Source: Macrostomum lignano (Eukaryota). Taken from it: a stretch of 64,000 nucleotides of DNA. The DNA lies in NCBI GenBank assembly GCA_002269645.1, contig NIVC01002508.1, positions 1-64,000 on the forward strand, read 5' to 3'. Shown one piece after another: positions 45,784 to 56,590 of this stretch. How positions within the stretch are numbered: position 1 is the stretch's first letter; every line of letters starts with the position of its first letter. The notes below the pieces were generated by a model. It worked only from the letters and a program-made list of their open reading frames with translations. It did no database searches and was not told the origin of the DNA. The position numbers and the translations under genes were made by a program.

Positions 45784-47350
45784 ATTGAACTTACGTAGAA
45801 TACTGAGCAAGAACACCGATCGAAAGGCAAGTTCGGTGTCCCCAAGCTCAGAGCCAGAGAGAGCACCAAGACCCTTTCCGTTATAATTGACAGCGGCCAG
45901 CATCTCTGGTGACAGAATTCGCCTCACCATTCGGCGAATGGTGCTGCCAAGGTCGTCAGCCTTGCAGGGCAGCAGCAGCCGTGTCATCTGCAAGGGTGCC
46001 AATAATTTTATCATACATGTAGATGGACAGTCACGAAGAAATATGGAATATTAATATGAAATAAAATGTGGAATATGTCAGAGAAAATTATATTTTCCAA
46101 CTATCGTGAAAGCATGCTGTCGGAGGCTTTTTGAAATAATAGACTTTGCAAAAACAAACACTAAACTATTGGATGTACATACCCATTCGAGAGCCGGTGG
46201 ATTTTTGATGAAGTCAATGTAGTCAGGCCAGGTCGCAATCGGCTTCCATTCTGCATCTGCATCAACTGGACCAAATGTAGTAGCAGCAGCAGCAGCGGCA
46301 CGCGACATGCACTGCTTCAATTCTGAGATTGTTGTCATGCAAGCTGATGTCCGACGAAGGGTATGGAGCCCCAGGTAGCACAGTCCGAGAGGCGATGTCA
46401 GAGAGACTCCAAGCTTAGCCTCCATTCTAGCCTTCAGCAAGTCAAGCCCCCCGGTACCGAAGTTCAATGATGCGACGTCAGCTGCAGCTGCATTGAAACG
46501 CAAGGCTCCTGGCTGATCCGAAGGGCTGAGCAACTCAGCCGCACTCTGCTGTGACCTGCACCTGTCGTTCTGTCCATGGTGGGGCAGTGATTTGGGCGTT
46601 TCCGGTGGAGCTGTTTCAACCGCTAGCTGAGCCGATGGGTTTCTTGTCTCCGGCAAAGGCAACAGCGGCAGCGAGCTTGGGCTTTGTTGAACTGCCCTGG
46701 CGGAATCCTCAGCTTGGGGTAGTCTAACCGACCGTGAGAAGCTTGAGGGCGATCGTTGGCAGTCAGACTCGGACTCGGTCTGCAGATTCTGAGAATGATT
46801 GCGCGCTACTTATAGTAACGTAGTTCGTGAGATCGATTGAATAATAATGACTAATGGTTACAAATGGTTAACATCTTTCGAAGTTTTAATACACACTTAT
46901 AGCAACAAAAACGGTTTGTAGCTAACCTCCAAAGGAAGGAATCTTTGCCTCCTGCCATCGGGTACTCGTTTGACCAGTCCTAAAAGAGTTTGGATTTTGC
47001 AGTGCTTCTCGCGCCTGAACGCCCGAAGCCAATTTACCGTCCCAGTGGCGTCATAATCGTCGTCAGGGAGAACCTAGCGCAAATGCAAAATTACTTAGTG
47101 AAAATCAAAAATACCAAACGACCCCCATATACAAGTATGATTATGGGAACATTCAGGGAATAAAGCGTGCAGTTACCTGAAGAATTGTGCAGTCCCATAC
47201 TTGCTCATTGTAGTATGCCCTTGCAATAGGCTCGCCAACAAAGTTTCGCCAGTTGTCCAGAGTGAATTTTTGGAAGTTTTCTAAGAGGACTTCAGTCTCG
47301 CTCAATTCGACTATTTCTTTGTCAACGTGAAAGATCACGATAAACTTCAT
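45357..47350 (-). CDS. EnSpm ORF2 (TnpA-like), multi-exon, C-terminal DUF4806-like domain
   Basis: Exons ~47350-47177 (MKFIVIFH...), 47073-46927, ~46790-46090, ~46000-45795 (LGSTIRRMVRRILSPEMLAAVNYNGKG) and ~45600-45357 (VELAVIAALKLGKDGRSRG), with GT/AG flanks. Inner junctions are not all verified. Confidence 0.6.
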
Positions 47351-47656
47351 GGCTGAAATGAGAAATAGAAATACTCTTAATAATGGGAATATGTTGGAAA
47401 TATATACATGACATGTTTGTGACATCAAATAAAGAAATTCATATTGTCTGAAACCAAAATAAAAAAATTGTTTTTCATATTATATGTATATTTGTGTTTA
47501 TATTTATAAACAAGCTGAACACACAAGGAGACATTTAATGCTACAAATAATGAAAAATGTACACTTGCACACCCTAGGATGACAGTTGCATGAAAAAAGA
47601 AATTGCTATATTGACCAAGACTGACTTAGTACCAGAAGACAATAGTATAATCATAA

Positions 47657-49573
47657 TCAAATAGCGCAACAATAGGGAATTACTATATATTCACCTCCAG
47701 ATGATGGCAACAAGAAGCACTTTCTGCTTGCATTACCAGTAACAACATTACGTGTCACATGGTAAAATCCAATATTCAGAATTTCTGATGAATATGGACT
47801 TGTATACAAAGGATGCGAAAACTTTAACACATGACCAGTTAGGACATTTCCTACTACTGTACTGATGAGTATTGGAACTCCATTTACAACTGCACAATTA
47901 TTTGGAGACTTCTTAGAAAAAAACACAATACTAGCTGGATCACTTGTAAGAGTAGCACGGACATTAAAAAACTGGTGCAAAATATGCTTAGAAGCAAAGC
48001 GGGTAACTGAAATTCGTCTTTTAACATGCCCCAAATAGTTTTCGAAGTCAAATGCAGAAAAATTGTCAAGTTTTCCATATAGACAAACAAATTCATAAAG
48101 ATGGAGCAAAGTGTGAGGGTTATAAGAAATTGATGCTTCACCATACAATGACTCCATTTCCTTAACAAAAATCTCAATACAACGATGAGCATTTGGTAAG
48201 AGAGTCTGGTGGACATCAGAGCAAAAAACATAGATAGAAAAGTACAAGTGAAGAAAGTGGTCATAGTATTTTTGTGGTAAAAACTTTCTGAAGAAAAAAG
48301 GCCCCAAATATAGCAAAAAGAGTCGAAACTCAGTTGCTTTAAAGTGAGCTAAATTTGTATCAATACGGCGAGGCCTCCGCTGAAACTCAGCAGGAGTGAA
48401 CTTGGCATAGCTATCAATAAAATCAGACAGCTCTTTTAACTTTAGTGCTGAAATCTTACAAGATGAACCAAACTTAGATGAAAAAAGAAAATTAAAAACT
48501 TTTCTACAAACACCTAAACATACAGCATGTTGATAGTCAGGTGGAAAATGAGAATAAAAACCAATATTTTTAATACTCAGCAAAGGTGTTGAATGCCCTA
48601 CCTTCTGGTTATTTTCTTTAGAATCAGCATAGCACTGATCAGTTCGCAAAGTACCAATAGAAGATGAAAAAACAATACGATTAGCAAAATGTCTACCTTC
48701 AGCTTGACAATAACTACATCCCATGCGAGAGTTATGGTTCATAATAGAGCAGATATGAGCATGAGCAGGGGCATCACAAACAAAAAGAGCACGGACTAAC
48801 TTAAAATGGTGGCCAAGAACTTGAATACCATTACTAAAAAAAATGTTTAGCTCTTCACAGAAGCGTGATAACAAAATATTCAATGATGGTTTACTTTTAC
48901 CAACAAAAATAGCAATGGGCAATGGACGCAAATAGCCTGATACTTTCATTAAAATTGGCCAAGCTGACATGGAAGAACTATTATACAAGGGCATTCCATC
49001 TATATTGAAAATGGAATTTACTTTTATGTGCCCAGTTTCAGAATCAGTAATGCATTTTGAAAAGTCAAAATAATTATTGCTAACACAAAATTCCAAATTT
49101 TTGGCCATTGATACATAGAAAAAGTCTCCTTCAGTAGCAATAATAGAATAATAAGAAGAATTAGCAGAATGCTTTTTCAAGCCATATACAGACTTTGGAA
49201 CTGAAATACCCTTGCGATTTAAAAAGGCAAGGATCCAAGCCATAGCAGAGCGTGACACATTAAAAAGTATATAAAATAGAAGCAGTTCTTGCTCAATTGT
49301 TAGCTCTGGCGTAGCATCTTCAACTTCAGGTATATCTTGATCCTCTTCTACAAGGTCTTCATCTGATTCACTATTATCCATTGGATTGCCATGACTGTTG
49401 CCAAGAAAGTCAGTGTCGTATTCTTCAGCTTGAATGAATTCTTCATCTTGTTGATGATTATTGCCTTGGGCTTGATCTTGGTTAATGGGTTCAGATGCTT
49501 TTTGAAGCTGCTCTACTTCAATTTCCTCTAAACAACCCTGAAGCACTTTTCTAGCAAAGTTACGTTTGGACAT
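47657..49573 (-). CDS. EnSpm/CMC-type transposase (638 aa, intact ORF)
   Basis: FNIDGMPLY..S..SAWPIL; FVGKSKP; FVCDAPA; HNSRMGCSYC; RTD; PPDYQHAVCLGV; EFQRRPR; FKATEFRLFLLY; SYNPHTLLHL; GKLDNFSAFDFENYLG. Confidence 0.9.
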   Translation of the reverse strand: MSKRNFARKVLQGCLEEIEVEQLQKASEPINQDQAQGNNHQQDEEFIQAEEYDTDFLGNSHGNPMDNSESDEDLVEEDQDIPEVEDATPELTIEQELLLFYILFNVSRSAMAWILAFLNRKGISVPKSVYGLKKHSANSSYYSIIATEGDFFYVSMAKNLEFCVSNNYFDFSKCITDSETGHIKVNSIFNIDGMPLYNSSSMSAWPILMKVSGYLRPLPIAIFVGKSKPSLNILLSRFCEELNIFFSNGIQVLGHHFKLVRALFVCDAPAHAHICSIMNHNSRMGCSYCQAEGRHFANRIVFSSSIGTLRTDQCYADSKENNQKVGHSTPLLSIKNIGFYSHFPPDYQHAVCLGVCRKVFNFLFSSKFGSSCKISALKLKELSDFIDSYAKFTPAEFQRRPRRIDTNLAHFKATEFRLFLLYLGPFFFRKFLPQKYYDHFLHLYFSIYVFCSDVHQTLLPNAHRCIEIFVKEMESLYGEASISYNPHTLLHLYEFVCLYGKLDNFSAFDFENYLGHVKRRISVTRFASKHILHQFFNVRATLTSDPASIVFFSKKSPNNCAVVNGVPILISTVVGNVLTGHVLKFSHPLYTSPYSSEILNIGFYHVTRNVVTGNASRKCFLLPSSGGEYIVIPYCCAI

Positions 49574-52013
49574 CTGAAAAATAATTCACAAGTAAAATCA
49601 TTTATATCACAATATCTTATAGTAATTGGCAAATAATACTATACTATACTCATACTATATTTACCATGAATAATTATAAACAATTACATTCTTTTATTTC
49701 TATATATACCTGGCACTGCACAGGCACTAGCTAAAGCATATAAATATTTATAGCTAATATATATAGCTATGACATAGCTATAGTAATATGGCCTACAATA
49801 CAAAATAGTTATACAAATATAGCAAATATATAACAAGGAAAACACAGCATCTACCTGGCATTTGAGGAATTGATCTACACACACATAGTAGCTAATAATT
49901 GATATGTTCCTAGGCTATAGCCCATAAAAGCCCTAAATAAAGTAAAGATATAGTGGGTTAAAGGTAAAGCTATATACTGTCATGCTTGCTGGGTTAAATT
50001 GCAAAGAACAATTAGGCATTGCACTTCCACTGTTGCCAAGCCATGTGTGTTGTGTACATTTATGCAACTAAAAAAAAGAAAAAACAATTTTGAAACATGC
50101 ATAGCATGTGAGTTAATCATAAAAAGATAGCTAGCCAGCTAATTCAAAAGTGAAGTTTGCAAAGGATCTGCAATACAAGCCATCCACAAAATAAAACACG
50201 TGAGCATGAAAATCGGAGGAAACTATATGCTAAACAGACCATCAAAATAACAAGTATGACAAAAATCCACATTCTCCTGCTCCAAACAGAAATTGCAAAA
50301 CAATATTGGTACTATGTAAAATAGACGTGCGTCGTGATGCTTTGCAACATATAAGTTTATCAAACCAATTTTGTCTACTAATTATTAACAAAAAACTGCA
50401 CAGTAGTTGCCAAAAAGAAAACACTTTACATAATACGTACTGTGTAGAGCAAATCCAACTTAGTTCTAGAGTTATTACACAATTCCCTGACCTCAGTTTT
50501 ACTCACAGTCTTTTTGGGAAATTTGGTTTACCGTTGAGAAACAACGGCAATTCAACGAAGAGCAATCACAACGGTTTTACAACGGTTTCACAACGCACTT
50601 CAAAAAATGAAATATTGGCTCAGTAAGCAAAATAAAAGCTTTTTTAATTGCTTACGAGCCATTTTGGGTACAAAGACAAACTTTTTTGTTCCCAACGCTT
50701 TTGTGACATACCTCCGTTGAAACACCGTTGGATCAACGTTGTCTTTTCCACTGGGATATAAGCAAAAGTGAGCAAAATTCGCTGCTGGACCAGAATAAGG
50801 AGATTTACACTAACGCGTCTGGTCCAGCGGCGGCAAAGTAATGAAAAGCATAAAATTAAACGGGATACGCAAGAAGGCAAACGGAGGGACAACTTACACG
50901 GGGTGGGGATTAAAGAAATCCCATAGCGGGATGGGGTGCGTGACAAAAATTACGGAAAACTGTCCCTTCAAGGGGAAACGAAATAACGGCTTGGGAAACG
51001 TACACTTGGCGTGAAACATCAATTTCAAAAGTTATTAAACTGCTAATAAATAAATATTAAAAAAACCAGGGGCAGCCACCTGCCACATAAGGTAAAGGCA
51101 GATGCATTTTTCTTAGAACCGGTAATAACAAGTAACTAACTATTACTTTTTAATAAACATAATTAGTACGACAAATAATTATGCTTATAAGACATTCAGA
51201 TAGGTATGCTCCAGTCCTATCGGACAACTTACATGCTATTTTTTGTTTATCTTTGGGAAATTTTAAATCGAAAAATCTGGCCGGGGTTGGGCCTTAAAAA
51301 AGTCATGACCGGTTTTTCAGTTCCAGTTCCCGATAAGATAAAAATAACAAAAAGATCAATTTAGCAGAAAACACCTAAATGTAAAACGATTTTTTTGTCG
51401 AAACTCAAATTTACCATCTGAAATCTGTGTATATATAAAAAATCAGCTCCACACACCTTACTGTTGCTTCAGTGCAGGTCTCCAATCTTGCATAGCGTGA
51501 TGTTGAAACGTCAGTAACTGCAGAATTTTGCATACAGGCCAAATCATTCTACCCCTAGAACTACGAAATACCAAACAGCGACTGTTAACCAATTTTATTT
51601 TTGCAATTTACCATCTGAAATCTGTGTATATATAAAAAATCAGCTCCACACACCTTACTGTTGCTTCAGTGCAGGTCTCGAATCTTGCATGGCGTGATGT
51701 CGCAACGTCAAAAACTCGTTACAAATCATATTTTATTGAAATCGAACCGATTAAAGCACAAAAACAGACAGAACCTAGCCCTTTGTTTTTTTGCAGCATA
51801 CATTTTTTTTGCACGAGTATATAGTGACATTAAACACAGCACATTTGATTATACATGGGAATGAAGAAATTTCGTAAATTTGCTTGTTCATAGCTAGCTA
51901 GAATGGCACATCTAAAAATTTTTGACTAATGCCGAACGTTTGCAAAACAGAAAAAAAAACAGATAATATGTGTAAAATATAGACATGTACGTGTATTTTT
52001 AGCAGGGAAAACA

Positions 52014-55000
52014 TTAAAATTGATTTTTGAGCAGTACTGCAAAAAGCACCAGTAAACGTACAATAAACAACAATGGCACAAAAATCAATTTGTGCAAGCC
52101 GCATTGAACATCGGTTTTAGCGAATATTGCTTGAATGTACGCATAAATGACTTGTATATCCATTTCATTTCGGCCACAAAGCGAGTGTGCACTTTCCTCG
52201 GTAAGAATACATCTACCGTCCTTGTTACAGATAGGAAAACTCAAACCATCTGGAATACCAGCAATAATGCAAGTAGAAGTATCCAGACATCGAGCAACTG
52301 CCGGATGCTCAACTTGGTAGTTTTTTCTACGTTGTCGAGTTTGCCGAAATTTCCGAGGTTGCCGAGGCCGAGGTTGCCGAGGTTGCCGAGGTTGCCGAGG
52401 TTGCCGAGGTTGTTGTTGCGTTTGACGTCGCCGACGTTGGTTAGTGCGACTTTCGGAAGTCTGCTTACTGACTTCTGGAAAACAGCCGGTCCTCTGTTCA
52501 ACACGTTCTCCTATGCCTTCTGTTTCGCAGGTCGGATCTGTGGTTTTTTCACTGCTGAACTCAGTTGCATCGCTGCATCTTTCTTCGGGCTGGCTTTCGC
52601 TGTCGAATTTGAAGTTAAAGTAGCGAGGTTGGACAAACTTTGCTCTTTTTTTCTTTTGCCATGTTTCAGTTGCATCCTGTTGATCCTCTTCATTCAATTT
52701 CCTTTTCTTGTAACATCGTGGCAGTCCATTGCAGCAGCGTTCGTACACCAAAATGTGCTTCTGCGTCCGCTCAAACAAGAAGTCGACAAATGTAGAAGCG
52801 CTAACTTGTTGTGTCACATTGGCCAATTTTGTGCTCTTAATTTGCCGGAAATGGTTCTCGGCAGTTACATTAGAATACCACGACTTAATGAGATTAAGCG
52901 ATGGAAACGCTTGAACAACAAAATGACCCCACAAAGGAGAAAGTGGTAGCCATTGTTCGATCAGAAAATCAAGTAGCTCCGGAGAATAAAAGTTATTGGC
53001 CGGATCCACGTCCTTGCGCTGTTCAAACGACGTCAGCTGACAAAACCTTTTATAAAACGGCGAGTTTCTTCGCAAAGATGACGTTGTCTCGTCCTCGACT
53101 TCGAATTCTGGTGGCCTTTCTTCAATTCCGATCGATTCGCTTGAATCTGAGCTTTTGACTCCTTTCTTCCAGTCAGATATTCTCTGAGTCAACATAAAGA
53201 CGACACGTGGGACAGCTTTTGCTGACCCAAGAATTTTGATGAGCAGCGTTGCGTTGAAAACGAAGGCTTCATATGTCTCGCAGTACATCAGTAGTATGAA
53301 GCCATGTATAAACAGTCGCATGACTCGTTGTGAGACATTGTGAAGTGGCGGCCTTTTAAAACTGCGACGAACAGCAGCAATCGCATGATTTGAGCATATG
53401 AATGGAGGGGCAGACATATTTATGAGCCTGCCGCTTTTACCACAACTCGAATTTTCAAAGAATTCAAAATATCGGCTTAGAACATCGCTGAGTCGAAGCT
53501 GAGTTATTTCGATGCAAACTCCGTGCAACAAGGCCCACGAAAAGTCAATAACAACCATTCCTATTGGTGGCTGAATACGTGAGTGTAGGCGGTTCAGGGA
53601 TTGCGCGAATTGAAGTAGAAAGCTTACAACGTTTTCAACTTTGTGGCTGTTCATCAAGGCATCGGCGATATTGACAGGCACGGTCTCCACTGGACTCTCT
53701 ATTGTTACAGAGTACAGGAAAATAGGTTTGCTGCAAAAGTTCACACTCTTAACAATTCCTCCTGTGGCGTCCAGATGCAGCACATGGCTTTCCATTTTTC
53801 TAAAAAGTAATCTAAGTTGGTCTTCACAGACCATATATACATGGAATGGGCTTACGCCGATCGACTAAATGTAGCCCTTAAGAGTTTTATCAGAAGTTTT
53901 CTTCTCAAATTCAGACATCTGATAGTACAGCTGCTTAATAATATCCTTGCTGACCTTGTCTTTGGTTGCAGCTATGTGCCTAACACGCTTGTGTCTGTGA
54001 ATGCTGCCTGCTTGACTGTAGTTGTGAGACATGATTAGATTGGCATCTGCAGAACAGACTTTGTCGTAAAACATGCAAGCAGTTGAAGGTAATGGTATTT
54101 TTCCGCCTGCATTTTCAAGCAGTTCTTCAACTGCTGCAGCAGTCTCCTCTTCTGTCGCTCTTCGAAAAGTAGCATTTTCGTGACATTGTTTGCCACGAAC
54201 AGTGATGATCACCGTTCCAGAATTCAAGGTAAACAGTGCAGATTTAGGAATACATATTTGGAATTCTCGATGGCAAGATTCGTGCTTGGAAACGACTTCA
54301 TGCTTGAGCCACACGTCGGATTCTGCTCTAGAATTGTCAGTATTTACATTTGCGTAGATCTTTCGCTTCTTAAAAACAATGATGCATGTTGTGTGTTGCT
54401 CTAATCGCTCGTCTTTCTCGTCTATCGCTCGTCTAATCGTCTTTCTCCATTCTCTTGCTGTTTCTTCAGTTAACTTCCGTTGGTTTATACCTTCATCAAG
54501 AATTTTTTTCCACAGCTGACCACAAAGCTCTGTTTGAAAACAATAAATTTGTTCATCATCGTTCGTGGCACTCGGAAATTGACGTTCCTGAGCATTGCTT
54601 TCGGCCGGCTGTTCACTATCCTCTTCTTGCTTATCGGCTAGGTGTTCGCTTTCTTCTTCTTGCTCATCGGCCGGGTGTTCACTATCCTCTTCTTGCTCAT
54701 CGGCTAGGTGTTCGCTTTCTTCTTCTTGCTCATCGGCCGGGTGTTCACTATCCTCTTCTTGCTCATCGGCTAGGTGTTCGCTTTCTTCTTCTTGCTCATC
54801 GGCCGAGGGTTCCAAAGATTCTGCGATTGTCTGAACGGACGATTTAGCAGTTGCAGGATAGCGTTTTATAATTTGTAGATATTTTATCTGAATCTTTCTT
54901 CTATTCTCGAGGCGATTCGCAACTCCGAGAAGGTGACACGTAGCACCCCACGAACTTCGTGCATCTCGCCAGTGACCAGCAGGTCTTGGAAAAATAGGCT

Positions 55001-55025
55001 TTTCAAGCAAACTCTGTAGTTTCAA
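52014..55025 (-). pseudogene. MULE-type DDE transposase with acidic N-terminal repeats and start of a Ulp1-like C-terminal domain; one in-frame stop
   Basis: ORFs 53865..55025 and 52014..53834 are in frame (GYI*SIGVSPFHVYMVCEDQL). Catalytic LHLDATGG, VIDFSWAL, CSNH (CxxH), TAENHF. 33-bp repeats EH(L/P)ADEQEE(D/E)S at 54595-54810; 9-bp QPR repeats at ~52345-52415; C-terminal SLCGRNEMDIQVIYAYI. Confidence 0.82.
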
Positions 55026-56429
55026 GAGTTGGGCCTGAAATGATCAAATATGGTAGCAATAAGTTTTCTTCAACAGAAGAAAAAATAATAATAAGAAAAT
55101 AATCTTTCTCCGGATCCAGATGAGGATTCCCTGTTGAGATGGATCCAGAGATTTTCTCATAGTCAATTGGAATCTTCCACGTATAATAATTTTGGTATGC
55201 CAAAAATTCTAATAATCGGGACCTCGTAAAAATAATAGAGTTGAACCACATCCGCTCAGTGGATTCTCTGTATAGAACCTTGGACCCTCAGAACCAATGA
55301 TCGTGATCTATGAATAATTTTACTGTCAAAAAAACAACTGCCCAAAAATCTCATTGTCAATAACTGATGTATTCACATTCACTCGACTGACATCATCGGC
55401 ATCGTAAAGTGAGTCAAGTCAGCAAGTGTCAGATTATCAACTGCCTGTGACAATCAGTAGCATCAGAATGGTTCGTCTGGTGAATTCGGTCACAGGATTA
55501 CCTGAATTTCAGGGACTCTAATTGTTGGTGAGACCCTTCCTAGACTTTTTAGCCTTTGGGTTCTCTGTGAGTCTCTTCACATGGCCCCTCTTTCAGTAGG
55601 ATTGCTAGGGTAGGATATCTATTGTCTATTTACTTGTGAGGATTAGAAGCAGAATATCTTAACATTATTGTGAGTAGGCTACTCTGCTGATTAAAGAAGT
55701 TACTTGTAAGTATCGATTTCTTATCAGTCATGCATGAAAATCATGCAACACATCAGTGTAATACATGTATGTACGAGTATGCTACCGGCAGGGCGCGGGC
55801 TTCGTGACCAGGAGTAGGAGGCCACAGTGTGTCTAGAAGGAGCATCCGGCATTCCCGAGGACAGACCTAGTCAAGTCAAGACCGAGACTTTTCGGTCAGA
55901 TTTGTAACTCTTTCCTATTTTTCTGGGGTTCATGATGACGCAAAGAATGATCTGATCAATTCATGTAAAAGTTTTTGCTCCGGCGATTCCTGCATGGCTT
56001 CTGAGAAGCAGGCTTGGCGGAACTGGGGGCAGGGTGGGAAATGGCCTATCCAATAATTTTTTTGAGGGGGGTGGTATTGTCTTCCCAGTATTTCAATGAC
56101 ATCAATATGATTTAGGCACGTCCTGGGCCCCCACGAATTTGGCACACCCTCCCTTCCTCCCCTGTGATTCCTCAAACCAATTAGAATTCCAGTATAATTG
56201 ACTGGGTAAGACTCATGTCATGCTTCCCCAAAGGACTCATGCTAATGCTTATCACCCACCCCACACTCCGCGCGCCAACCCCACCTCCTTTCTATTGTAC
56301 GAAATCAATCGTATTTCGTACAGCTTTATTTTTTGTTACAGCTTTACGACCTTAATTCTGTCTTCCCAAGCTTTTCCCCACCTGTTACGTAATCCTTATC
56401 ATAAATCCTTCTTCTCCGATGCGCCTCAT

Positions 56430-56590
56430 CGTAATTTCTTGTCCAATCACAGCGCGGCTGGCGGATGGCGTCATTGGGGTTGCTTGGTAACGGAGGTCAA
56501 GGACAGGTCACGGCCTTCAGTATCACGCATCACGCTCACGTGATCGCCTAACACGTGATCTCAGGGCTATAAATAGCCTGTTATAAATAC
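56430..56590 (+). promoter_or_regulatory. Promoter-like motif cluster
   Basis: CCAATC, X-box-like GTTGCTTGGTAAC, two CACGTG E-boxes and TATAAATA within 160 bp. Confidence 0.3.

Larger units (their letters stand above)
39403..50755 (-). mobile_element. EnSpm/CACTA-like (CMC) DNA transposon, 11.35 kb
   Basis: Imperfect TIRs CCCAG(C/T)GGAAAA..CAACGTTGAT(T/C)CAACG at 39403 and 50755, 2-bp TSD AT on both sides, subterminal CAACG/CCGTTG motifs, transposase and ORF2 inside. Confidence 0.88.
38644..51088 (-). repeat. LTR-like repeat copy D, split into 38644-39402 and 50756-51088 by the EnSpm insertion
   Basis: Left part has the family core and PBS-like TGGTGTCAGCA (38697-38707, minus). Right part continues to GGGGCAGCCACCTGCCACA. 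Confidence 0.65.

Noticed and set aside
52092-52949. 285-aa plus-strand ORF
   Set aside because: Antisense shadow of the MULE transposase and its 9-bp repeats.
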